From Candidatus Methylomirabilis sp. (GTDB lineage Bacteria; DYJV01), in the NCBI GenBank assembly GCA_020722945.1, contig DYJV01000003.1:1846-65845 (forward strand): a stretch of 64,000 nt of DNA. The letters are read 5' to 3'. Below the pieces are notes generated by a model. That model saw nothing but the letters and a program-made list of their open reading frames with translations, was not told where the DNA came from and ran no database searches. Made by a program: the position numbers and the translations under genes. Shown here in pieces: positions 42,013 to 51,877 of the stretch; position 1 is the first letter of the stretch; each line of letters starts with the position of its first letter.

Positions 42013-42357
42013 TTATAAACTTTTTAATGCATCATCAAGAGAATCATAACATTTTATGAGATTATCCATTGTGGTCATCTCTAATAAAACTTTGATCTTT
42101 TCATTAATGTTGCACATCTTAAAAACTCCATTTTTTCTTCTTAGCTGCTCATATATCCTTATAAGATTTCCAAGACCTGTAGAATCAATAAAATCACACT
42201 CTTCAAGATTCATAATAACATTAGGATTTTCCTTTTTACTCAGCCATGAAAGGATTTCATTCTTCATCTCCTGAACAAGCTCAAGATTTTGAATCTCAAT
42301 GTTAAATTTAGGAGTTATTATAATCGAATTTTGGTCATGCTCTTTCTTTGTGAACAT
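42013..42357 (-). CDS. STAS-domain anti-sigma factor antagonist
   Basis: FIDSTGLGNLI, KIKVLLEMT...YDSLDDAL. Confidence 0.88.
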   Translation of the reverse strand: MFTKKEHDQNSIIITPKFNIEIQNLELVQEMKNEILSWLSKKENPNVIMNLEECDFIDSTGLGNLIRIYEQLRRKNGVFKMCNINEKIKVLLEMTTMDNLIKCYDSLDDALKSL

Positions 42358-42427
42358 AAAAATCCCCCTTGTTTATTATATTTTTTGGTATATATAAAAA
42401 ATTTTACAAATTTCAACAAAAAATGTT

Positions 42428-43114
42428 TCATTTGAGTCTGTTTATTTTATAAATAAGTGGATCTTCAAACCCTGCATCTTTAAAGCCTTTAAGTCTGATA
42501 AGACAGCTATCACATACTCCGCAAGGTCGCCCTATATTATCAGGATTGTAGCAGCTTGTCGTTATCCCAAAATCTACACCAAGCTCCAAACCTCTCTTTA
42601 TAATCTGACTTTTCCCAAGTTTTATCAAAGGCGTGTGTATAACCACCCCTTTATCTTCAACTCCTATCTTAGTTCCGAGATTGACACTCTTTTGAAAAGA
42701 TTCTATAAACATAGGTGTGCAGTCAGGATAATTTGAGAAATCAATAGCATTAACACCTATAAATATATCTGAAATATTGTTGGCTTCAGCAATACTTACA
42801 GCATAAGATAAAAAAATAATATTCCTTGCAGGGACATATGTAGCTGGTATCCCCTCCCTATTTAACTTCCCAGCAGGGACATCAATACTTCTATCTGTAA
42901 GAGCAGAACCACCAATATCTTCAAGAGGGACCTTTAAGATAATATGCTTCTTTACACCAAAAAATTTTGCAACTTCTGAAGCTCTGGTAAGCTCAAACTT
43001 ATGTCTCTGATTGTAATCAAAAGATAGTGAAATTATATCAAATCCCAAATCTTTGGCAATCGCGATTACGACTGTTGAATCCAAACCTCCACTTGATAAA
43101 ACAATAGAGTCCAT
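42428..43114 (-). CDS. queC: 7-cyano-7-deazaguanine synthase
   Basis: SSGGLDST, TYVPARN, YPDC, SCY...CGVCDSC. Confidence 0.96.
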   Translation of the reverse strand: MDSIVLSSGGLDSTVVIAIAKDLGFDIISLSFDYNQRHKFELTRASEVAKFFGVKKHIILKVPLEDIGGSALTDRSIDVPAGKLNREGIPATYVPARNIIFLSYAVSIAEANNISDIFIGVNAIDFSNYPDCTPMFIESFQKSVNLGTKIGVEDKGVVIHTPLIKLGKSQIIKRGLELGVDFGITTSCYNPDNIGRPCGVCDSCLIRLKGFKDAGFEDPLIYKINRLK

Positions 43115-43118
43115 TGTG

Positions 43119-44876
43119 CTAAATAGTGAGCTTGATAGATAGCTCTTTTAGTTGCTTTGAATCAACATCAGAAGGTGCATCAGTCATCATACAAGTAGCT
43201 TTTTGGGTTTTCGGAAAAGCAATAATATCTCTTATAGAATCAGCTCCTACAAGAAACATCATCAATCTATCAAAACCCAAAGCTATACCGCCATGAGGTG
43301 GAGCTCCAAACTGAAGAGCTTCAAGTAGGAAACCAAATTTTAAATTTGCCTCCTCCTCATTTATCTTAAGCAGATTAAATATCTTCTCCTGAATATCTCT
43401 TCTATGTATTCTTATACTACCACCTCCGATTTCTATCCCATTAAGGACAAGATCGTAAGCTTTCGCCCTTACTTTTAGTGGGTCTGATGATAACATATCG
43501 ATATCTTCATCAAAAGGCATTGTAAATGGATGGTGCTTAGAAGCATAGCGTTTCTCATCTTCGTCCCATTCAAATAGAGGAAATTCTGTAACCCATGCAA
43601 AACAAAATTCATCATCATTTATCAAATTAATCCTCTTTGCTATCTCTTTTCTCAAACGTCCTAACGACTCATTTACAACATTATAAGAATCTGAACCAAA
43701 AATAACCAAATCGTTAACTTTGAGCTCAAGTCTCTCTTTAAGAGTATCTTTTTCGTAATCAGTAAAAAACTTAACAATCGGCGATTGCCATTCACTCTCT
43801 TGGATTTTGATCCACGCCATCCCTTTTGCACCGTAAACTTTTACAAACTCTGTAAGTTCGTCAAGGTCTTTCCTTGTAAAACTTGCACCATTTGAGATTT
43901 TGAGTGCTTTGATTACTCCACCATTTTTGACTGTGGTTTCAAAAACTTTAAAAGTAGTAGCTTTAAAAATATCTGTAACTTCAACAAGTGGAAGCTCAAA
44001 TCTAAGATCGGGAGCATCCAGACCATATTTGTCCATAGCTTCATTGTAAGGTATTCTTGGGAAAGGTTTGTCAAATTTGATACCTCTAATATCTGAAAAT
44101 AGTTTCTTTATCATCTGCTCCATAATGTTCATAATATCTTCAGTATCAACAAATGAAAGCTCCATATCGACCTGAGTAAATTCAGGTTGCCTATCAGCTC
44201 TCAGATCCTCATCCCTAAAACATTTTACAATCTGATAATATCTATCAAAACCAGACACCATAAGAAGTTGTTTAAAGAGCTGAGGAGATTGTGGAAGTGC
44301 ATAAAATTTACCAGGGTTGACCCTGCTTGGAACAAGATAATCTCTCGCACCTTCAGGTGTGCTTTTGGTAAGGAAAGGGGTCTCTATCTCAAGAAAATCG
44401 TTTTCATTAAGGAAATTCCTCATTATTTGAGCACTTTTGTGTCTTGTGATTAAATTTTTCTGCATAGATGGTCTTCGTAGGTCAAGATATCTGTATTTTA
44501 GTCTAAGGTTTTCTGTAGTATACATATTGTCATCAGTAGAAATAGGCGGAGTTTTAGAAGTATTTAGTAGTTCAACTTTATTCACAATAACTTCAATTTC
44601 ACCTGTAGATAGTTTGGGGTTGGTGGTGCCATCAGGACGCTTCTCAACTACCCCTTCAACCTCAATAACATATTCACTTCTGAAATCTTTAGCCTTTTCA
44701 AAAACATTGTTTTTGGCATCAGGATTAAAAAGTATCTGGGTAACTCCGTAACGGTCCCTCAGATCTATAAATATTATTCCGCCATGATCACGCCAATTTT
44801 CAACCCAGCCACATAAAGTGACCTGCTCCCCTCTATTTGATAACTTAAGAGCTCCGCAAGTATGGGATCTTTTCAT
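43119..44876 (-). CDS. aspS: Aspartate--tRNA ligase (probably non-discriminating)
   Basis: RDHGG, KSTPEGARDY, FRDEDLRADRQPEFTQ, GAPPHGG. The His in RDHGG is typical of ND-AspRS. Confidence 0.97.
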   Translation of the reverse strand: MKRSHTCGALKLSNRGEQVTLCGWVENWRDHGGIIFIDLRDRYGVTQILFNPDAKNNVFEKAKDFRSEYVIEVEGVVEKRPDGTTNPKLSTGEIEVIVNKVELLNTSKTPPISTDDNMYTTENLRLKYRYLDLRRPSMQKNLITRHKSAQIMRNFLNENDFLEIETPFLTKSTPEGARDYLVPSRVNPGKFYALPQSPQLFKQLLMVSGFDRYYQIVKCFRDEDLRADRQPEFTQVDMELSFVDTEDIMNIMEQMIKKLFSDIRGIKFDKPFPRIPYNEAMDKYGLDAPDLRFELPLVEVTDIFKATTFKVFETTVKNGGVIKALKISNGASFTRKDLDELTEFVKVYGAKGMAWIKIQESEWQSPIVKFFTDYEKDTLKERLELKVNDLVIFGSDSYNVVNESLGRLRKEIAKRINLINDDEFCFAWVTEFPLFEWDEDEKRYASKHHPFTMPFDEDIDMLSSDPLKVRAKAYDLVLNGIEIGGGSIRIHRRDIQEKIFNLLKINEEEANLKFGFLLEALQFGAPPHGGIALGFDRLMMFLVGADSIRDIIAFPKTQKATCMMTDAPSDVDSKQLKELSIKLTI

Positions 44877-44978
44877 ATTTTTCCTCTCTTTTATAAAAAT
44901 CTGTTTTTACTAAAATTTTTTGTTATCTCTGTCAAGAAGAAAAGAGATAAATCTTTTAAATATAATACTTTTAGCAGA

Positions 44979-45413
44979 TTATTTTTCTCGTCTCTGTTCC
45001 CTTTCGATATCCCTCTTCTTTATATCTTCACGCTTATCCCGGACATTTTTACCTTTACACAAACCAAGCTCAATTTTTATAAGCCCTTTATTAACATAGA
45101 CTTTAATAGGTATTAATGTGAGTCCCTTCTCCTTTATCTTGCCTGTAATTTTGTCAATCTCTGAACGATGTAGGAGTAATTTTCTTGTTCTTGTAGGTTC
45201 ATGATTATAAATATTCCCATGATTGTAAGGACTTATGTGGGCATTAAATAATAATATCTCCCCATCCTTTATATTAGCATAGCTATCTTTAAGATTTATC
45301 TTACCTTGCTTAGCAGCTTTAACCTCTGTCCCCTGCAAAACCACTCCAGCCTCAAATTTATCAAGAATAAAATACTCAAAATAAGCTTTCCTATTATCAG
45401 TTAATACTTTCAC
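44979..45413 (-). CDS. smpB: SsrA-binding protein
   Basis: NRKAYFEY, EAGVVLQGTEVK, RTRKLLLH, DKREDIK. Confidence 0.97.
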   Translation of the reverse strand: MKVLTDNRKAYFEYFILDKFEAGVVLQGTEVKAAKQGKINLKDSYANIKDGEILLFNAHISPYNHGNIYNHEPTRTRKLLLHRSEIDKITGKIKEKGLTLIPIKVYVNKGLIKIELGLCKGKNVRDKREDIKKRDIEREQRREK

Positions 45414-45536
45414 AGATTCTGCTTATAACATTAATGAAAATTTTTCAAGATTGATTTAATAAAAAATTAGTTGAATAATGTTTACTAATTTGTTAGTTTA
45501 GATACTCTTATTAAAAAATAGGGAGTTTAGTAAAAA

Positions 45537-48155
45537 ATGGAACATTACGATTTTAACAAAATTGAGAGTAAGTGGTACAAATTTTGGGAAGATAACGGTT
45601 TTTTCAAAGGAGATGAGAACTCTCCAAAACCACCCTACTCTATTGTGATACCTCCACCTAATGTTACAGGTTCACTACATATGGGGCATGCACTCAACAA
45701 TACACTTCAAGATGCTCTCTGTCGCTACAAAAGATTAAAAGGCTTCAATGTTCTCTGGGTCCCCGGGACAGACCATGCTGGCATTGCAACTCAAAATGTT
45801 GTTGAGAGAAATCTTGCAAACGACAAAATATCAAGACACGACCTTGGAAGAGATAAATTTATAGACAAAATCTGGGAGTGGCGGGAAAAGTATGGACACA
45901 CTATCATAAACCAGCTCAAAAGACTTGGAGCATCGTGCGACTGGGAAAGAGAAAGATTTACAATGGATGAAGGCTTATCAAAAGCAGTAAGGGAAGTCTT
46001 TGTCAATCTTTATGAACAAGGATTAATCTACAAAGGTGATTACATAATAAATTGGTGTCCAAGATGTCACACCGCACTCTCTGACCTCGAAGTTGAGATG
46101 GATGAAGGGAGCAATGGCTATTTATGGTATATAAAATATCCAATCAAAGATCAAACTTCCTCTCTTGTTGTTGCAACTACACGACCAGAGACAATCCTTG
46201 GAGATACAGCAGTAGCAGTCAATCCATCTGATGAAAGATACAAAGATCTTGTGGGTAAAAGCGTTATTTTACCAATAATCAACAGAGAAATTCCAATAAT
46301 AGCAGACGACTATGTGGAGAAAGATTTTGGAACAGGTGTTGTCAAAATAACTCCAGCACACGATTTTAACGATTTTATGGTTGCACAGAGGCACAATCTC
46401 CCTTCAATCAATGTTATGACAAACGATGCAGTTATGAATGAGAATGCAGATAAGTTTGAAGGTCTTGATAGATTTGAATGCAGAAAAAAGATTATTGAAG
46501 ATTTGAAGCATCTTGGAATGATTGATAAAATAGAAGATTACAAACTTGTAGTCGGACACTGTTACAGGTGTAAGAGTATTGTTGAACCAAGATTATCAAA
46601 ACAGTGGTTTGTCAAAATCAAACCACTTGCAGAAAAAGCTATAGATGCAGTAAAAAAAGGTGAAACAAGAATCATCCCTGAACAGTGGGAGAACAACTAT
46701 TTTGGCTGGATGGAAAATATCAGGGATTGGTGTATCTCAAGACAGATATGGTGGGGGCATAGGATACCTGCATGGCTCTGTTCCGATTGTGGGAAATACT
46801 CTGTTTCAAAATCAGATATAAAAAAATGTTTACATTGCAATAGCAGTAATATTTCTCAAGAGGATGATGTCCTCGATACTTGGTTTAGTTCTGCTCTTTG
46901 GCCATTTTCCACAATGGGCTGGCCAAACAGAACAAAAGAGCTTGAAGTTTACTACCCTACATCAGTTTTGGTGACAGGTTTTGACATACTTTTTTTCTGG
47001 GTTGCAAGAATGATGATGATGGGATTATGTTTTATGAAAGATGTCCCTTTTCGCCATGTTTATATCCATGCATTAGTTAGGGACGAGAATGGTGAGAAGA
47101 TGTCTAAATCAAAAGGGAATGTTATCGATCCACTTGTTGTCATAGATAAGTTTGGGGCTGACTCACTAAGGCTTACGTTATCTGCATTTGCTGCACAAGG
47201 TAGGGATATTAAGCTATCAGAGAGTAGAGTAGCTGGTTACAAAAATTTTATAAACAAAATATGGAATGCTACAAAGTTTATCCTGATAAATACTCAAGAT
47301 TACAAAGATACTGAAGTAGCCACCGATAATCTTTCAATTATTGACAAATGGATACTCCATTCATTAAAGGAGACTATTACAAATTACGAAGCCTCATTAG
47401 AAGAGTATAGATTTAATGATGCTGTTTCAACAATTTATCAATTCGCATGGTATGAATTTTGTGATTGGTTTATTGAAGCATCCAAAATAAATTTAAGTAA
47501 TGATAACTCAAAGTATCCAACACAAAAGACACTGATAAATGTTTTTAAACAAATTTTACAGATGCTCCACCCATTCACCCCTTTTGTAACAGAAGAGCTA
47601 TGGCAGAATTTTGATAAATCTTCAATAATGCTCTCAACCTTGCCATCAGCTTCAGATCTTGACGATTATCCTGAAGAGTTCAAAAAGATGGAGAAGATAA
47701 AACATCTAATCAGCGGCATTAGGAATATCAGGGGGGAGTTGAATATATCTCCATCCCGTTTCTTAAATTTATACTTCTACTGTGAGGATCAAGAAACAAA
47801 TAGTTTAATACAGGAGAACAGCAGTTATATCAACAAACTTGCAAATCTCAAATTTATAAAGTTTAAAGATGGTGAGCTAACCATCAAAACAATTAAAGAT
47901 ATTGTTGATAAAATTGAAGTTTTTATAGATATCGAAGGTGCAATTGATATAAGTGAAGAGACCAAAAGATTATCAAAAGAGATTGACAAAACAAGGGATG
48001 AGCTTGCAAAACTCGAAAATAAATTAAGAAATGACGATTTTATAGCAAAGGCAAAACCTGATATTGTAGAGAAGAGCAAAGAGAAATATAATGAGCTCTC
48101 TTTAAAATTAGAGAAAGCCGAACAGAGCCTTTCAAGAATTAAAAATTTAAATTAA
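45537..48155 (+). CDS. valS: Valine--tRNA ligase
   Basis: PPPNVTGSLHMGH, DWCISRQIWWGH, KMSKS, C-terminal coiled coil. Confidence 0.98.
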   Translation: MEHYDFNKIESKWYKFWEDNGFFKGDENSPKPPYSIVIPPPNVTGSLHMGHALNNTLQDALCRYKRLKGFNVLWVPGTDHAGIATQNVVERNLANDKISRHDLGRDKFIDKIWEWREKYGHTIINQLKRLGASCDWERERFTMDEGLSKAVREVFVNLYEQGLIYKGDYIINWCPRCHTALSDLEVEMDEGSNGYLWYIKYPIKDQTSSLVVATTRPETILGDTAVAVNPSDERYKDLVGKSVILPIINREIPIIADDYVEKDFGTGVVKITPAHDFNDFMVAQRHNLPSINVMTNDAVMNENADKFEGLDRFECRKKIIEDLKHLGMIDKIEDYKLVVGHCYRCKSIVEPRLSKQWFVKIKPLAEKAIDAVKKGETRIIPEQWENNYFGWMENIRDWCISRQIWWGHRIPAWLCSDCGKYSVSKSDIKKCLHCNSSNISQEDDVLDTWFSSALWPFSTMGWPNRTKELEVYYPTSVLVTGFDILFFWVARMMMMGLCFMKDVPFRHVYIHALVRDENGEKMSKSKGNVIDPLVVIDKFGADSLRLTLSAFAAQGRDIKLSESRVAGYKNFINKIWNATKFILINTQDYKDTEVATDNLSIIDKWILHSLKETITNYEASLEEYRFNDAVSTIYQFAWYEFCDWFIEASKINLSNDNSKYPTQKTLINVFKQILQMLHPFTPFVTEELWQNFDKSSIMLSTLPSASDLDDYPEEFKKMEKIKHLISGIRNIRGELNISPSRFLNLYFYCEDQETNSLIQENSSYINKLANLKFIKFKDGELTIKTIKDIVDKIEVFIDIEGAIDISEETKRLSKEIDKTRDELAKLENKLRNDDFIAKAKPDIVEKSKEKYNELSLKLEKAEQSLSRIKNLN

Positions 48156-48171
48156 GAGAAAAATTTCAAAG

Positions 48172-48900
48172 ATGTTAAAAATCAAAATTTTTTTTATTAT
48201 CACTCTTGCTATATTTATATCCTCTTGTATTGGAGTAAAAGAAGTTATCAAATACAAAACTTACACCTTCAACGAGTATATCCAGCTCCAATCACTCAAA
48301 TTCAAACCATTTATAAGTGATGATTCATTTAAAGCCAAAATCAAGCTAACTCTTGCAAGCGGGAAAAGTTACTCCTTTTACGGAATGATCTACCTTGACA
48401 GGAGTGGCAATATCTACAGAATATTTACATATTCACTATTTGGTAAAAATATAATCGACATATTTTTTGACAAAGATAAAAACTATGTTACCCTTGAAAA
48501 AGAGGAGATACTCTATGTAGTCGAAACAGACAACAAGGTTGATTCTGAAAAAAGTTTATTTTACTTCCTCAAAAATATCCTTGCAGGGATAAAAGTAGAA
48601 AATGCAATTATAGAAAACTCTTGTGTATCTGGATATTTTCAAGATTTTTATGTAAAGAGCTGTGAAATAGACAACTATAAAAAGATATTTTTCTACAAAA
48701 ACTCCCAACTTGAAAAATATTTTGAATTTCCAGATGATAAAGAGATGATTTTTGAGATAGGGAGTGAAAAATTAGAGATAGAGCTAAAAGATAAGATAGA
48801 AAATAAAGATTTTGTGAGCAATTTTCTTAATTATACAAAAAATTTTAAGATTGTTAAGCAGGAGAGCCTAAAAGAACTTGAAGATAGAATATTGAAGTAA
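48172..48900 (+). CDS. Hypothetical lipoprotein
   Basis: Signal peptide with lipobox ISSC; beta-rich; translationally coupled in the operon. Confidence 0.6.
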   Translation: MLKIKIFFIITLAIFISSCIGVKEVIKYKTYTFNEYIQLQSLKFKPFISDDSFKAKIKLTLASGKSYSFYGMIYLDRSGNIYRIFTYSLFGKNIIDIFFDKDKNYVTLEKEEILYVVETDNKVDSEKSLFYFLKNILAGIKVENAIIENSCVSGYFQDFYVKSCEIDNYKKIFFYKNSQLEKYFEFPDDKEMIFEIGSEKLEIELKDKIENKDFVSNFLNYTKNFKIVKQESLKELEDRILK

Positions 48901-48901
48901 A

Positions 48902-49876
48902 ATGGAAAAATCAGACATCATAAATTATGCAAAAAATATCATAAAAACAGAGATAGAGGCATTATCACCACTTATCGAATCTATCGATGACAATTTTTGC
49001 AACATATTGGAAACAATACTTAATTGCAAAGGGAAGATAATACTCACAGGCATTGGGAAATCTGGATTAGTCTGTCAGAAAATATCTGCCACTTTATCAA
49101 GCACAGGGACACCCTCATTCTTCCTTCACCCAGCAGAAGCAATACATGGAGATATTGGTGCAGTTGATAAAAAAGATATAGTAATAGCTGTATCATCAAG
49201 TGGAGAGACAGAGGAGCTTCTTATAATAATTCCTATTCTAAAAATCTTATCAGATAAAGTTATAGCAATTACTTCAAAGAGTGATTCAAGGCTTGCAAAA
49301 ACTGCTGATTACCTCTTTGTCATACCAGCCTCAAAAGAGGCGTGCCATCTCAATCTCGCCCCTTCAAGCTCAAGCACAGCCACACTTGTTTTTGGAGATA
49401 CACTTGCTTTATCTCTATCTTGGTTAAAGGGTTTTAGCTACGAAGATTTTGCACTTCGACATACAGGTGGGTTGATCGGGAAGAAACTAATCCTCAAAAT
49501 AGAGGATATTATGCATTCAGGCTCAGATATTCCAAAAGTGAAAGAAGCAACATTGATAAAAGATGTTATTATTGAAATGAGCAGCAAACGACTTGGATGT
49601 GTGGGAGTATTTGACGATCAAGGTTCTTTTAAGGGTATCATAACAGATGGAGATTTGAGAAGAGCAATGGAGAAGCATAAAAATATTATCGAGTTAAAAG
49701 CAGCAGATATTATGACCATAAATCCAAAAACAATATTTGAAGATGAACGTGCACTCAACGGTCTAATTTTAATGGAGAAATACTCTATAACCACCCTATT
49801 TGTAAAAAATAAAGATGGTGCGATAAATGGTGTGGTTCATCTACACGATCTTCTAAAATCAGGATTGAAACTTTAA
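48902..49876 (+). CDS. kdsD: Arabinose-5-phosphate isomerase (KpsF/GutQ), SIS + CBS domains
   Basis: TGIGKSG, LHPAEAIHGD, APSSSS, GIITDGDLRR. Confidence 0.93.
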   Translation: MEKSDIINYAKNIIKTEIEALSPLIESIDDNFCNILETILNCKGKIILTGIGKSGLVCQKISATLSSTGTPSFFLHPAEAIHGDIGAVDKKDIVIAVSSSGETEELLIIIPILKILSDKVIAITSKSDSRLAKTADYLFVIPASKEACHLNLAPSSSSTATLVFGDTLALSLSWLKGFSYEDFALRHTGGLIGKKLILKIEDIMHSGSDIPKVKEATLIKDVIIEMSSKRLGCVGVFDDQGSFKGIITDGDLRRAMEKHKNIIELKAADIMTINPKTIFEDERALNGLILMEKYSITTLFVKNKDGAINGVVHLHDLLKSGLKL

Positions 49877-49877
49877 T

Positions 49878-50867
49878 ATGCTTTCACTCGGCATCGAAAC
49901 ATCTTGCGATGAAACCGCTGTTGCAGTTGTTGATAACAACTTTAACATCTTAAGCAATGAGCTCTACTCTCAAATAAAGGAACATTCAGCATTTGGAGGA
50001 GTTGTCCCTGAAATTGCATCAAGGAAACATATAGAGAAAATAGATATCATCGCCAATCTATCATTAGAAAAAGCAGGGATCAAAGTAAAAGATATCGATA
50101 TAATAGCAGTAACAGTCGGTCCAGGTCTGATAGGTTCAATACTTGTAGGGCTCAATTTTGCAAAAGGTCTTGCATATGCAACTAAAAAACCTCTATACCC
50201 TATTCACCATATAGAGGGACATATATTATCACTTCTTTTCGATAATAATTTAGATTTTCCATTTATATCACTTGTTGCTTCAGGGGGACACACTAACCTT
50301 TTCTTAGTAAATAGTATAGGGAATTACACACTACTTGGGAAAACTCTCGATGATGCAGCCGGTGAAGCCTTTGATAAAGTTGCAAAGATGCTTAACCTTG
50401 GGTATCCTGGTGGACCTATCATCGAAAAACTCGCATTAAAAGGGAAAAACTGTATAAAATTGCCCCAATCATTCATCGTAAAGGAGAACTTAAATTTTAG
50501 TTTTAGCGGAATAAAAACCTCTGTTCTTAACTTCATAAAAAACAACAGTTTCAAAATTGAAGACCTATGTGCATCATTCCAAAATAGCATTGCAGAAACT
50601 TTTATCTTCAAACTTCAGGAAGCATCAAGAATTTTTGGAGTTAAAAACATTGCATTAGCAGGCGGGGTTTCCTGTAACTCTTTTATCCGGAATAAAATAT
50701 CAGAATTTGCAAAGAATACAGGGAAGAAATTATACCTTCCCTCAAAATCCCTCTCCACAGACAATGCTGCAATGATAGCAGCTGCTGGAATATCAAAGCA
50801 TTCAAGAGATAGTATCAACTTTCCATTTGACTTTACACTCAATGCAAAATCAAGATTAAATATTTGA
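49878..50867 (+). CDS. tsaD: tRNA t6A threonylcarbamoyltransferase
   Basis: GIETSCDET, GGVVPEIASR, HHIEGH, SGGHT, DNAAMI. Confidence 0.97.
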   Translation: MLSLGIETSCDETAVAVVDNNFNILSNELYSQIKEHSAFGGVVPEIASRKHIEKIDIIANLSLEKAGIKVKDIDIIAVTVGPGLIGSILVGLNFAKGLAYATKKPLYPIHHIEGHILSLLFDNNLDFPFISLVASGGHTNLFLVNSIGNYTLLGKTLDDAAGEAFDKVAKMLNLGYPGGPIIEKLALKGKNCIKLPQSFIVKENLNFSFSGIKTSVLNFIKNNSFKIEDLCASFQNSIAETFIFKLQEASRIFGVKNIALAGGVSCNSFIRNKISEFAKNTGKKLYLPSKSLSTDNAAMIAAAGISKHSRDSINFPFDFTLNAKSRLNI

Positions 50868-50884
50868 ATATAGAGTAACTTCAA

Positions 50885-51691
50885 ATGGACAAAACAAGAT
50901 ATTTTAAAAGAAGTCTTGGTCAAAACTTTCTTATTGATAACAATATCAAATCTAAGATAGTTCAAGCTCTTGAAATAAAGAGTGGCAATGAAAATGTAAT
51001 AGAGGTAGGTCCTGGAAATGGAGCTCTTACAGAAAAGATAGTTTTACTTACAAATTCAGTTATACTTGTTGAAAAAGATGACTCACTTATTGATGAGCTT
51101 AAAAGTAAATTTCCAAATTTACAAATTATCAATCAAGATTTTCTTGATTGGGAATTTCCAAAAGACCTTAAAAATATTAATATCATAGGAAATCTACCTT
51201 ACAATATTGCCTCTCAGATTATATTTAAAGTATTAAGGAATAGTCAAATATTCACTAAAGCTATCTTCATGGTTCAGAAAGAGGTTGCAGAGAGAATTAC
51301 ATCTAAAAATACAAATAAAGATTACTCTCTTCTTTCAGTTATATGCCAAACATTTTCCAATCCAATAAAATTGTTTAATGTTTCCCCAAACTGTTTCTTC
51401 CCCAAACCTAAAGTAACTTCAACAGTTTTAAAGTTTGAGATAAAAAAAGAGGATATCCCAGATAACTTTGATCTATTTCTCATCTTTTGTAAATCACTAT
51501 TTTATACAAAGAGAAAAAAATTACTTAACACATTGAAACAAAATCCATTTTTAACTTACAACAGCAAGTTTTTTGAATATTTAGAAGAGAATTTTGATAA
51601 AAATATCCGTATTTCAGATATACCAAAAGATGATATTTTAAAAGCTTACAACTACTATACAAAAATTATTGATAACCCTATCTCAAAATAA
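50885..51691 (+). CDS. rsmA: 16S rRNA m6,2A dimethyltransferase
   Basis: LGQNFL, EVGPGNG, GNLPYNI, MVQKEVAER, FFPKPKV. Confidence 0.96.
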   Translation: MDKTRYFKRSLGQNFLIDNNIKSKIVQALEIKSGNENVIEVGPGNGALTEKIVLLTNSVILVEKDDSLIDELKSKFPNLQIINQDFLDWEFPKDLKNINIIGNLPYNIASQIIFKVLRNSQIFTKAIFMVQKEVAERITSKNTNKDYSLLSVICQTFSNPIKLFNVSPNCFFPKPKVTSTVLKFEIKKEDIPDNFDLFLIFCKSLFYTKRKKLLNTLKQNPFLTYNSKFFEYLEENFDKNIRISDIPKDDILKAYNYYTKIIDNPISK

Positions 51692-51877
51692 TCAAAAAAA
51701 TATAGTTAAAAAATATCTTTATATAGCTATACCAAAAAGAGTGAATATTAAAATAACAAATTAATTACATATAGTTACAAAAATAACAGATATTATACAA
51801 TTTTAAGTTTTAAAATTTAAATTATAAAGCAAATCTTTTATGTTGAATTTTTGTTCAAAATTTTATAATGCTTGACT

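Noticed and set aside
44877-45536. tmRNA next to smpB, or T-box leaders before valS/aspS
   Set aside because: The intergenic gaps are only ~100-120 bp, AT-rich and lack tRNA-like ends or the T-box motif.
51843-51858. TTGAA-N6-TTCAA palindrome as an FNR box
   Set aside because: Spacing is 2 bp longer than TTGAT-N4-ATCAA and it overlaps the candidate -35.
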